From the NCBI GenBank assembly GCA_963752595.1, contig CAVVYZ010000030.1, positions 1 to 64,000 on the forward strand: DNA of 64,000 bases, in the 5' to 3' direction. How positions within the stretch are numbered: position 1 is the stretch's first letter; each line of letters opens with the position of its first letter. The stretch comes from an uncultured delta proteobacterium. GTDB lineage: Bacteria; Desulfobacterota; Desulfomonilia; UBA1062. A program made the position numbers and the translations under genes. Of this stretch, positions 20,468 to 31,150 are shown piece by piece. The notes below the pieces were generated by a model, which saw nothing but the letters and a program-made list of their open reading frames with translations, was not told where the DNA came from and searched no databases.

Positions 20468-20484
20468 GCAAACTTCTCCTGTCG

Positions 20485-21176
20485 TCACCTGTGTTCTCGG
20501 GTTTTGGATATGATTTCTTTAAGTGATTCTCTTAAGGTATACACAGGAGGCTGTAGAGGTGGACAAGAGGTTCTATCGTGGATATCGTCATACGTCGCCG
20601 TCTCCGGGGCATAGGGGAGTGCGAACTGGTTGCCTGCATTATTGGGCGGGTCCGCTGCTCCGTTCGTCCCTGCGGAAAAAATCACGAAGGCTGCCTGAAT
20701 GTTCGTTCCGTCACAGTACAGGGGCGGGTTATGGGTTCGACTGGCGGGGGTGTCGATGAGCTCATTCAAGCGTGTTTCGAGTTCGTCAGCGTCGGAGGTT
20801 ATCGGAAGTTCAGGGTTACAGCGTAAAGGAGGGTGTGTTTATAAGCGTCGTTGCCGGGAATCCCTAAGGTTACATAGGGGAAAAATGCTCCTCTTTCCCG
20901 ATTGTTATTTTCGGTCCCATCCCCATTGGTGTCCGCCCAGGGAAGCCTGCCTTTTGCCAGTGCGTATCCGATGATGGCGGCCTTGGCATCCTTGACCGCC
21001 GTCCTATTCTCGCTGAACTTGCCGTGCTTGACGATCATGGGCAAAAGCTCTACGCCCATGGATAAGAGAATCCCCACGATTGCGAGCACGATTGCCATCT
21101 GATCAAAGTAAAGCCGTTTCGGTCCCTTGTTTCCAACCGATAGCCCCTTGGTTTTTTTCAGGATGGTGTTTTCTCA
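20485..21176 (-). CDS. Type IV minor pilin (prepilin N-terminal domain), frameshifted
   Basis: GGC TTT ACT TTG ATC (G)AG ATG GCA gives GFTLI(E)MAIVLAIVGIL; AIIGYALAKGRLPWADTNGDG. Confidence 0.75.
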
Positions 21177-21178
21177 TT

Positions 21179-22395
21179 TCATCCTCCCCCGAGCTGCGAG
21201 ATGAGGTCATAGACAGGGCCGATGAGCGAAACGATGATGAAGACGAAGAGTCCGCCCGAAAGTGCCATGACCAGAGGTTCGATCATCTTTCCCATGACAT
21301 CGACGAACCGCGAGGTCCGCTCCTGGTAGGTATCAGCAAGATAGCTCAAGCGCTTATCGAGCGTTCCCGTGCTTTCCCCCACGCTGATCATGCGCAGCGT
21401 AATGGCGTCGAAGAACTTGGTGTTCGAGAATGCTGTTAAGAGCGTATCGCCGCTGTTCGTGGATTTCCTGATCCCCGCTATCATGGTCTTGATGGCGGGA
21501 TTCTTGAATGTCGTTTCAAGGACATCGAAGCATTTGGTCAAAGTAACCCCGGAACGCAGCATCAGGGACATGTTCGAGAAGAAGAGGGTCAGCGAAGAGC
21601 TTTTCAGCAGATTGCCGACAATGGGAACCTTGAAGTATGCCTTTGCAAGGAGGATGTTCGAGCGTTCATTTTTTCTGAGGAAACGAATGAAAACCGCAAA
21701 CAGGGCAACCGAGACCGGCAGGACATACCAGTACTCCTTGAAAAGGGCAACGAAGTGTACCAGCTTGAGGGTAATGCCGGGCAGCACCACATTCATGTCT
21801 TTGAAGGTTTCCACAAGCCGCGGGAGCACGAAGAAGAGCCAGAAAACCATGACCGAACCCATGGCCGAAATGACAAAGGCGGGGTAGATGAGAGCCCTCT
21901 TTGTTGGGAAATGATGTCATCCATTCGCTTGAGGTGGTCGGCGGTATTTTTCAGGGCATCCTGGATGGTCCCGGTTTCTTCTCCTATGTTGCAGAAAGAA
22001 TACGAGCATTTCGGGAAAGACGTCAGGTTCAAGGGAAAAGGCGCCCGATAAGGATTCACCCCCGGCAATCTCCCGGATAACCCGGTCCAGGGCGTTTTTA
22101 AGCCTTTTTTTCTTGATGGTGTCCCGGATGCTCTCCATGGACTCCAGGAGCGGCAGGCCGCTTCCGATCATGGATGCCAGGGATTCGCAGAACTCGACGA
22201 TATCAACCTGGTCTACTTTGGGCTGGACCATGTCGTCGATGATATCCGAAAGGATGATTCTCTTCTCCTGATATTGAAGGAGGATCTGGTCATGGGCAGA
22301 GCAGGGTATCGATGAGCCCCTGGATATCTGTTGAACTGGCCTTTCCCCTTTACCACCGATCCATCCGGATTCAGTGCCTGATAGACAAAGAGCAT
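21179..22395 (-). CDS. PilC/GspF/MshG platform protein, frameshifted
   Basis: LASMIGSGLPL, IGEETG, MISVGESTGTLD, MIEPL across several ORF pieces. Confidence 0.88.
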
Positions 22396-24022
22396 TAACC
22401 TAGGACCCTCCGTGCCTCCTGGAAGCTGGTCTTCCCGGACAGGATCCTGCGGATTGCATCCTGGGAGAGTGTATACATTCCTTCTTCAATGGCCTTGTCC
22501 TTGATCTCAAAGGGGTGGGCTCCCAGGGAGATGAGCTTCTCGACCTCCCGGAGACCACGAGGATCTCGGCCACCATCATCCTGCCCAGGAAGCCGGTGCG
22601 CAGGCACTGGGGACATCCTTTCGGTGCATAGAGGGTGGTGCCGGGTGCTATACCGAAGGAATGATGCTCCTCCTCGCCCGAAGAGTAGGGCTCCTTGCAG
22701 TAGGGGCACAGGGACCGTACGAGCCTCTGGGCAATAACGCACAGGAGCGAGGAGGAGATCATGTAGTCCTTATACCGAGGTCCTTCAGCCGCGGGATCGC
22801 TCCTACGGCATCATTCGCATGACCGTGGAGAGCACGAGGTGGCCGGTCTGGGATGCCCGCATCCCCATGGTCGCGGTATCCGCGTCCCGGATCTCGCCGA
22901 TAAGGATGACGTCCGGGTCCTGCCTCAGGAAGGCCCGGACCGCCGAGGCGAAGACATACCGGCCTTTTCGTTGACCTGGGTCTGGCGGATGAGGGGGAAC
23001 TGGTATTCCACAGGGTCTTCCACGGTCACGATGTTCTTCTCAATGGCATTGATCTCCCGCAGCGATGCGTAGAGCGTGGTGGTCTTACCTGATCCGGTGG
23101 GTCCGGAGACCAGGATCATGCCGAAGGGCTTTGAGGATCTCCTTTGAGCTTGACGATATCGTTTTCGTCAATGCCCAGATTCTGGAGGCTGTAGAGCTCC
23201 TCGGTGCTCGCCAGGATCCTCAAGACCATGTTCTCGCCGTGGGATACCCGCAAGGTGGAGACCCTCATATCATAGTTTTCATTGAGGAAGTCGAAGGCGA
23301 GGCGGCCGTCCTGGGGCTTTCTCTGCTCGGAGATGTCCATGTCCGCCTTGACCTTGATGGTGGAGATGATGCGCGGGTGGATCTCCACCGGGAAGGTGTA
23401 GAAGGGATAGAGAATCCGTCGATGCGGTAGTGGACCTGGGAGGTCATGTCCGTCGGCGTGATGTGGATATCTGTTGCCCGGGAGTTGATGGCGGACATGA
23501 GGATCAGCCGGTAGAGCTTTTCGGTATCCACCTCGTGGGCGTTGCGCTTCGCGTGCTCGAGCTGCTCGGCGATCTCGTCCTCCATGGGGTGTTCCAGGAG
23601 GTAGTAGTCCTTCTCGATGTGCCGGTGGATCTGGGATGCGGATGCCACCACGCATTTTATCCTCCTCTTTGCAATGCGTGAGGCAAGGTCGATGACCTTC
23701 GAGTTGTCGGGCTCGTTGGTGGCTACGGTGAGCGGGTTTCTTCCACAGCCACGGGGAGCAGCGCATTGTCCTTGGCAAAGGCGAGGGGCAGGGATTTCAG
23801 GGCCTCCTTGGGAGGCGTATAGTTTCTCAGCTCCAGGAAATCGATGCCCGACTGTTTGGCGATTGCCTGGGCAAGCTCGGTCTGGGTCACGAGGCCCAAG
23901 CGGAGGAGAACGTCTCCCACCCGCTCGCGGGTGGCCTTCTGCTCCTTCAGGGCAAGGCCTATCTCCTGGTCGGTGATGATCCCTTCATCCTTGAGCAGAT
24001 CGCCGATGCGTTTCTTTTCCAT
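22395..24022 (-). CDS. PilB/GspE/MshE extension ATPase, frameshifted
   Basis: [10 protein letters not shown] (MshEN-like), [15 protein letters not shown], Walker [34 protein letters not shown]. Confidence 0.9.
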
Positions 24023-24195
24023 ACCTATCCTGTTTTATAAAAATTACGTACTAGATCGACGATCCGGGAAAGAACTTTACCTGAGGTGAAAATCCGGGCG
24101 GTTATGCACGGGAGCCGGGAGGAGTTATCTCCTGAGAGACCCCGGGTTTGGGGAGTCCAGGAATGCTCTTTGAGGAGCATAGGGAGATATTTTCT

Positions 24196-24243
24196 GGGAG
24201 AGGCTGAAACAGGGGAAAGACAGGTCTCTGTTCCAGCTCTCCC
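24196..24243 (-). terminator. Long hairpin after the pilin gene
   Basis: GGGAGAGGCTGAAACAGGGG pairs with TCTCTGTTCCAGCTCTCCC (about 19 bp, imperfect). Confidence 0.55.
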
Positions 24244-24272
24244 GGATAGTGCGAGAGGGCGGATTCTAAAAA

Positions 24273-24849
24273 TTACAGACGCCAGTACATTATTTTGACA
24301 GCGAGGTTCGTATAATCGTATTGGCTCGGATTGATCCGTCATTATACATCCCGTCATCATACTTTCGATCGATCTGTTCGGTCACGTCCGCCGGCACGGC
24401 ATTAAAAGCCATGCAGTTGGCATTGATGCGACATTCCGCCCGGGTGGCCACCCACTGCACCCGCATCCAGCTCCCAAAGGAATGATTCGGCACGCTGGTG
24501 GCTGCCCCGGTATAGTTTCCATTAATAATATCTGCAAGTGCCAGGTCCTCGAAGAGATATCCATATTCGGCAGGTCTATCTGCCCGTTCCCGTTTCCATT
24601 TCTGGTGTCCGATGTAGGTGCGGTCGTAAGATTCTCGTCCCCGGGAAGCTGTCCATATCTATCATAGAAGGTGTAAAATGCCGCTGATATTGAATCCTTC
24701 TCATTTATCAGCTTTTTTATCTTTGCATTCTGAATGAGTGCCTCGCCTTTGAGGACCCCCGTGATGAGCAGACCCACGATAACAAGCACCAGCGCAAGTT
24801 CCACCAGGGTGAATCCCCTTCTGTTGCCGATGGTAAGTTTTTCCAACAT
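24273..24849 (-). CDS. Type IV pilin, probably the major subunit (frameshifted)
   Basis: RRG|FTLVELALVLVIVGLLITGVLKGEALIQNAK; C-part QIDRKYDDG; own upstream region and downstream hairpin. Confidence 0.85.
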
Positions 24850-24888
24850 ATAAGTACCTCTCTTTTTTGTGCACTGTAATATTTAGCC

Positions 24889-24915
24889 TTTTCGGGTTTT
24901 AGTTTTCAGATCTTA
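24889..24915 (-). promoter_or_regulatory. Sigma-28-like promoter candidate upstream of pilin
   Basis: TAAG-N15-CCCGAAAA versus consensus TAAA-N15-GCCGATAA. Confidence 0.35.
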
Positions 24916-25035
24916 AAGGAATTTCTCAGGGGAATTAAAAATTTTAAGGTTTATATGTTGTTACCGGACACTCTATTAGCTGCTCCCTGCTTTCATCTTG
25001 CAGGGATGCCGCTTTATTTCACTAGGCGTCGAGTA

Positions 25036-27149
25036 TTACTGCTTCTGCCTTATCCGTGAGCCCAGGCTGCATGGCTTCATCCCAATGAGCTTCGTGATGT
25101 CATTCTGGTTGGAATCCATCTTCCAGCTTGTATGTTCCAGTGTGCCGGAAACGAGATCGATGAGCGGCCCGAACGCTTTGGCCTCGAAGAGGGGTTCCTG
25201 GATACCCTCTCGCCGGTTTGCGCATCAAGGACGAGGAGCGAGGAGCTTCCCGAATCCATTCCGAGGCATGCATCCGGCGTCCAGGTAGTCACATACAGCT
25301 TCGAATCCATGACAATGGCGTTGGTGCAGACACCTCCATCAAGAGCCGTATTCCAGAGAATGCCGGAGAGTGTTGCACATGCAGCACGGGTCGGCGTAAC
25401 GGCTATGATACGGAGCTCTTTTCTCCGGTGAAACGATCTGATGCTCATGAAAGTTCCGGGCATATCCGGTGTGATGAGATTCTGGAACTGCAAATTCTGG
25501 TCGAGGATATAAATCAGCCCTTTTTGCGACCCTGCAATGACAATCCCGAAGCAGGGGTCATATTCCAGAATGCATACCGTGCTGTCCAGAGTGAATTGCG
25601 ATTGGGATATTCCGCCTTCCAGGGTGTAGGATGTAATGGTCTTTCCCTCCGCGATGTATGAATTTCCCTGCGATAGTGCAAAGAGCTCTCCCGGTCTTAC
25701 CCAGCGGACCTCCGGTGTATTGTTCATGGCAGTGATATTCCCATAGATATTCGGGCCGGTCATGATGATGCCGTTTTTCACCCCGATCTTGCCCCCTACC
25801 TCCTTGACCATCCATGAGCAGGCACCCGTTGCCATGTCTATGGAAAGGAGGTAGCCTCGTGAGGTCGAGCATAAGAGCCGTTGGTCTTCCATATACAAGG
25901 ATGTAGCGGAACCCTTGATACAGGAGGGAGAGAACGTTCCCAGGTGGGTAGGGTCATTGATCATAGGCTGCAGGCAGGACATATGCTCCATGGTAAGCCA
26001 TAAAGGTTTGAAGGCCAGATCGTTGTTCGTGAGGAAACGCTTGGCAGTACCGTACAATGAGGGTATCTGGCAGATGAAGCCGCCGGGAAGGGCAAAAGAG
26101 TTTTTTGACGGGAGATACTCACCGCCGCCTTGAGATGCCGTTTTCTTCAGCAAAGCCGTATCCGGGCCTACGGTATGGATGCGGATGCCCTTTGATGAAG
26201 CATAGGCCGCCACGTCATCAAGACAATGTGACCCTGTTTCCCCTGTTGCAGTATCCTGCGGGTCGTTGTCGTGATCGAAGTCCTGAAGCCATCCGGGGAT
26301 GTTCCCGTCATGAATGGCAATCCCGGTGGTTGCGATGATGATATGTCTCGATGTGCCGCAATCAGGGGGAAATGAATTGATGAGGCTGTAGCAAGCCTCG
26401 GACAGGCGGGCATCATGGCCTTGGGGACGGATGCCCAGCACGGTCTCGGTAATGACTTTCCGGTCGCTTGTAAAAGGCTGTATGATGCCTCTCGACACTG
26501 TAGCAACGGCAATGGGGCACATATCCATGTCATCGATAAGGCCTGTGAGCTGTGATATGGCATGGGTCCAGCATTGCATGACCCCTCCGAAGTGATACAT
26601 GTTGAAGGCCTGGAACCATGCGTTCCCATAGCTGCCGCGGAAATAGGTACCTTCCGGCGTCGTGAGGGTGTTCAGGACGTCGTCCCGCTCTCCTGTGGGC
26701 AGGATCTCGCCGCCCGTACGCTTGAGGTACATATCCTGGGCACTGTATGACTGCCCGCAGGATGAGAGCATTCCCTCTGAATCGTCTATGAGAAGGATGA
26801 TGTACGGTCTCCAGGAAGAGAGCAGGTGATCCTTTTCCGTTCTATAGGGCTGTTCTTTGAGCTTGATACGCCACGAATACGTGCTCTCGTTTGCCCATTG
26901 CTTCTCGATTACTTCGGTGGAAAAGCATGCATGATCCCACCCCTCCGGTGTATCGAGCACGGTGTTTCTTACCAGGGGCTTTTCCTGTGTATTTACAGGG
27001 GCATGCCTCTGGGAGAGCAGGCTCTTGAAGGTGTTTCCCGATTTGACATTATGCGTAATCAGGCTGGTCGTGATCAGGGCGATCCCCTGGATTACGATAC
27101 AGAAAATGAGGGTATAAATGAGTGCCCACCCCTTGTTATTGAAGTTCAT
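25036..27149 (-). CDS. PilX-like N-terminus fused to vWA-like and beta-propeller domains (PilY1-like adhesin); frameshift near 25200
   Basis: NKG|WALIYTLIF, LLIDDSEGM, CGTSRHIIIATTG, DFDHDNDPQD, LDDVAAY, PQQ-like repeats (IDMATG, LDAQTG). Confidence 0.6.
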
Positions 27150-27822
27150 ATCTGTAGGAAGTACGCTTTTCTTCGCCATTGTGGCGTGCCGTGAGAAGGA
27201 TGGTGACGGTTTTCCCGGTAATCGCTGCATCGAAGGCGGTGACCGCTTCGGCAAGGAGCTGGGCATTCCGGTAGAGCCCGTCCTCTTTGAGCTCATAGTG
27301 AACCGAAGGCACCGACCGGTCACCTGCCTTTACCTGTGGCTGTGCGGTAAGCGGAATCACGGCGTTCCCCCTGGAATACCCGCGGGATATTACGTAGGGC
27401 CCGCTGTCGGTAATAATCCCGAGATCGGCCCAGTAGTCAGGCGTGTTGTCCTGGTCTATATCGATACTGTCAAGGGTAATGGTGCCGGCTGCGGATGATT
27501 GTATAATGGAGAAGTACGGCGGGGGATATTTCCTGTGGACGTTCAATCCCGAGTACGATGAGGTGACCGGTGCGCCGGCGATGAACAGGGAGCCTTTCCC
27601 GGACGCTATTTTAAGGTCTTGGGGAAGCAGGAAAGCACATTGCTTCAAGTCCGAATCGATCTGGATCAGAGCGTTTCGCAATGACTGCATGCAGTACCAG
27701 TGATCCCGGGAATCGAGATATCCTTTGGTAAAAAGAGAATACATACTGTAAACCGCAAGGATAAGGATGGTGCTTATCGTAAGAGATATCATCAATTCTA
27801 CGAGACTTATGCCCTTATCCAT
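27136..27822 (-). CDS. PilW-like minor pilin
   Basis: MDKG|ISLVELMISL, IDSDLKQCAF, LYRNAQLLAEAV. Confidence 0.75.
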   Translation of the reverse strand: MDKGISLVELMISLTISTILILAVYSMYSLFTKGYLDSRDHWYCMQSLRNALIQIDSDLKQCAFLLPQDLKIASGKGSLFIAGAPVTSSYSGLNVHRKYPPPYFSIIQSSAAGTITLDSIDIDQDNTPDYWADLGIITDSGPYVISRGYSRGNAVIPLTAQPQVKAGDRSVPSVHYELKEDGLYRNAQLLAEAVTAFDAAITGKTVTILLTARHNGEEKRTSYRYELQ

Positions 27823-27902
27823 AAGAATGCCTTTTCCATAAAAGTAAATAAGGAGAAGATAAAATTCATGATGAAAAGCTGGTGGTTTATCCTATTGTCT
27901 AG

Positions 27903-27931
27903 ATAATAATGGGATACCTTTGCAGGGTCAA
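27903..27931 (-). promoter_or_regulatory. Sigma-70 promoter candidate for the minor-pilin operon
   Basis: TTGACC-N17-TATTAT. Confidence 0.5.
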
Positions 27932-28111
27932 GGCTTTCAGGCTGTCGCTGTCATTTCGATTCATGGTGAAATGAAATCCGTATCTTAGGCCCATATGTCC
28001 TTTGGGTGCCGGATTCCAGGGGTGGTAATGCATGAAAATGGGAATGGACATCGCCCGTATTCCTTGCTAATAACCTTTCTTCAAATGCCGGCAAACGGAA
28101 AAGAGCGAGGT

Positions 28112-29755
28112 ATGGGAAGGAAAGGGAGTTCGGTTTTAATCATAGTCCTTGTCATCACCCTGGTAGGCTTGATCCTCTTTCTCATGGTGCCCTTGGGAGG
28201 CAGAGTCGGACAGTTCCGGGAAGCGGCAATCTCCTTTATATTCCGGAAGCCTCCCCAGTTCATCTCCATGGAAGTCAGTGTGAACGGTTTCCCCAAAACC
28301 ATTCATGCGGGAGAGTCTCTCAAGGTAAGCGGAGACGAGACCATCGTCATCTCCAAGATCAAGGCCAATACCTTTTTTGAATCCTACCTTACTGCAGATG
28401 TCGTGGGGTTCGGAAAGAACGATGACCTCTATGAGCCCGTGGACACCGCTCAGATCCGTAAACAGCTTATGGATGCAGGGATCCGGTCCGTCCCCATCGA
28501 GATCTTTTATATCGAGCATGCCATCGCAAAGGTGCCCCTTGAAATAGATCTCAATCAGCAGGATTTCCTCATCCGGGCCAGAGAAACAAAGGACATCGAT
28601 GGAAAGATAGCCATTCTGAAGAGCGCCCATGCCAGCTTCCCCAAAGATCGGAAATTCGTTGCCATGCTCGACGGACTCCTGAGCAAGAAAAACGATTATG
28701 AGACGCTCGCCGGCATCTATAAAAAGCTGGTGGAAGCCGATCCCGAGGATGTCGCATCAATGGCGGAGCTTTCCCGGTGCTACCTCAAGCTGGGGATGCT
28801 CAAAGAGGCCTTCGATGCGTGCCAAAAGATCGTGGACAAGGGAAATGGCAATGCGATTACGTACAGGCGCATGGCATTTGTAGCAGGACAGTCAGGAGAT
28901 TTTGATTCCCGGGTGACGTATCTCAAGAAGGCCTTGGAGCTTGAACCGAATAATGAAGCCCTCATCGTTGACCTGGGCAAGACTTATGAACAGGCCGGCA
29001 AGAGTGCACAGGCCCTGGAGATTTACCGGCCGGTAGCCGGGAAGGCCAGAGACAGGGAAATCCTCATCCCCCTGATCGAAGACGCGTTAAAGAACAAGAA
29101 GTACGACGATGCCGCGACGTACCTCAAGCGCTACGTTACCTTTTATCCTCAGGATAAAAACGCCTATGCCCAGCTGGCCATGGCCATGGGCAAGCTCGGT
29201 AAATCAGATGCGCAGGCCGGATATTATGCCAGGGCCGTTGAGCTCAATCCGCATGATCCGGTGCTCCTCTTCAACCTTGCGTCATCGTACGAGAAAGCCG
29301 GGAAAGTCAAAGGCGCACTTGATACCTACAAGAGGGTGCTTGCGGTCAAGCCGCATGACCGGGACTCCCTTACCAGGGCCGCAGCGCTGTCTCAGAAGAC
29401 AGGCGATTACAAGGCATCCTATGACTACTACCAGGTCCTCCTGAAGGTCGATAATTCAAATGAGGCCAGGAAGGGCCTTATCAGCGCAGCAGTCGGGCTC
29501 AAAGACCACGACAGGATTATCGAGGCGGCCGAGAACTACTTGAAAAAAACAAAAGACCACGACGTGGCGATCACCCTTGCCTATGCCCACGAGGCAAGAG
29601 CATCCGTAAAACAGGGGAGGCAGAAGCTTGATGATCTGAGCGCAGCCCTGGATGCGTACCGGCTTGCCCTGAAGATCAATCCCGGATCAAAGAAAGCCCA
29701 GGAGAAGATCCCCGAGCTCAAGATCGAAACGATAAAACTCAAAAAGGGAGCTTAG
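28112..29755 (+). CDS. Membrane-anchored multi-TPR protein
   Basis: N-terminal TM helix then many TPR units (ALELEPNN, AVELNPHD, ALKINP). Confidence 0.85.
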   Translation: MGRKGSSVLIIVLVITLVGLILFLMVPLGGRVGQFREAAISFIFRKPPQFISMEVSVNGFPKTIHAGESLKVSGDETIVISKIKANTFFESYLTADVVGFGKNDDLYEPVDTAQIRKQLMDAGIRSVPIEIFYIEHAIAKVPLEIDLNQQDFLIRARETKDIDGKIAILKSAHASFPKDRKFVAMLDGLLSKKNDYETLAGIYKKLVEADPEDVASMAELSRCYLKLGMLKEAFDACQKIVDKGNGNAITYRRMAFVAGQSGDFDSRVTYLKKALELEPNNEALIVDLGKTYEQAGKSAQALEIYRPVAGKARDREILIPLIEDALKNKKYDDAATYLKRYVTFYPQDKNAYAQLAMAMGKLGKSDAQAGYYARAVELNPHDPVLLFNLASSYEKAGKVKGALDTYKRVLAVKPHDRDSLTRAAALSQKTGDYKASYDYYQVLLKVDNSNEARKGLISAAVGLKDHDRIIEAAENYLKKTKDHDVAITLAYAHEARASVKQGRQKLDDLSAALDAYRLALKINPGSKKAQEKIPELKIETIKLKKGA

Positions 29756-29808
29756 AGAAGAATCCAAAGGATGCTGTGAAGTCAAAGGCATCTTCTTTTC
29801 AAAGAAAC

Positions 29809-30459
29809 ATGAAGAGAACGTTTGCTATCGGGGATATCCACGGTTGTCTTGACCAGCTGGAAGACCTCGTAGACAGAATCGACCCTGGAAAAGATGACCT
29901 TCTGATCTTCCTCGGTGATTATATCGACCGCGGGCCAAGCTCCCTGGGCGTGGTCGATTTCATGATAAATCTTGCAGCCTCGATACCCTGTGTTTTCCTG
30001 CGCGGCAATCACGAGCATATGTTTCTCGAGTTTCTCGAGTTCGGAGCGAATAAGGCCCTGTATTTTGCCAACGGAGGGATGAATACGGTCCAGTCCTACC
30101 TGGGACCTGAGCCCTTCCTGTCCCATTCTCAGGTCGTTCAGAAGATCAGCGAAGAGCATCGCGATTTCTATGCAGGATTGAAATGGTATTACGAAGACCG
30201 GAATCATATCTACGTTCATGCAGGCATAAGGCCCGGAGTCCCCATGTACAACCAGGACCGGCAGGACCTCATCTGGATTCGCGATGAGTTTATTTTCTCC
30301 CCCACAGAAATGAAGAAAAAGGTGATATTCGGCCACACCCCATTTGCAAGGCCGCTTATCAAAGAGGACAAGATAGGCATCGATACCGGGGCTGTCTATG
30401 GCGGGGTGCTCACGGCAGTCGGCCTTCCCGGGGAGATTTTCATCCAGTCCAATCGATAG
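29809..30459 (+). CDS. PPP-family metallophosphoesterase (PrpA/ApaH-like)
   Basis: GDIHG, GDYIDRG, RGNHE, VHAG, FGHTP, IDTG. Confidence 0.92.
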   Translation: MKRTFAIGDIHGCLDQLEDLVDRIDPGKDDLLIFLGDYIDRGPSSLGVVDFMINLAASIPCVFLRGNHEHMFLEFLEFGANKALYFANGGMNTVQSYLGPEPFLSHSQVVQKISEEHRDFYAGLKWYYEDRNHIYVHAGIRPGVPMYNQDRQDLIWIRDEFIFSPTEMKKKVIFGHTPFARPLIKEDKIGIDTGAVYGGVLTAVGLPGEIFIQSNR

Positions 30460-30489
30460 CAGGCAGGTTTTTAAGCAAAAACTTAGTAT

Positions 30490-31150
30490 ATGGTCAAGGA
30501 CTACTACCACATCTTGCGGGTTTCAAAGGATGCCGGCGCCGAAGAGGTCAAGAAGGCCTACCGGAAGCTCGCGATGAAATTCCACCCCGACCTGAACAGG
30601 GACGACCCCCAGTCCGTTGAATATTTCCGTGAAATCACGGAAGCATATGGGGTGCTCATAGACGGTGCCAGGAGGAAGAGGTACGATAAGGATCGTGTTC
30701 GCAATTTCGAGCGCGAAGATATTTACCAGGACATCTTTAACCGCCCTGATTTTCGCGAGGTGTTCGATGACCTGCCCATCAAGGGAGAGTGGCTCGAGAG
30801 GCTGCTTTCGGTCAGCAGGGTGATCGCCTACGAGGCGCTCGTGTACGGAGGAAGGCCCCGGGATGTTCCTGAAACGCTCCTTTGCGAAGCTGGCCTCGAA
30901 CGGCGCGGCCAGGTTCTTCCACAGCGTAATGGATATTCATGAAGACATCCGGATCCCCGAAACGATCGCATCCTGTGGGGGCTATATTACGATCGAGTAC
31001 AGGCCCGGTTTCTCGAAGCGCAGGATCAAGGTGAGCATTCCGCAAGGCATTAAATCGGGTACGACGTTACGGATAAACGGGATGGGGAGAAAGAACCTGG
31101 CGAATAAGTCAGGCGATCTCTACTTGCACATGGATATCGTATCGTCGTAA
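30490..31150 (+). CDS. Short J-domain co-chaperone with DnaJ_C segment (frameshift near 30870)
   Basis: KDYYHILRV, AYRKLAMKFHPD; second frame KVSIPQGIKSGTTLRINGMG...GDLYL. Confidence 0.85.

Noticed and set aside
17750-25200. Programmed recoding or phase variation as the cause of the frameshifts
   Set aside because: Indels are numerous and not confined to long simple repeats or slippery sites, and they also affect lnt and prfB
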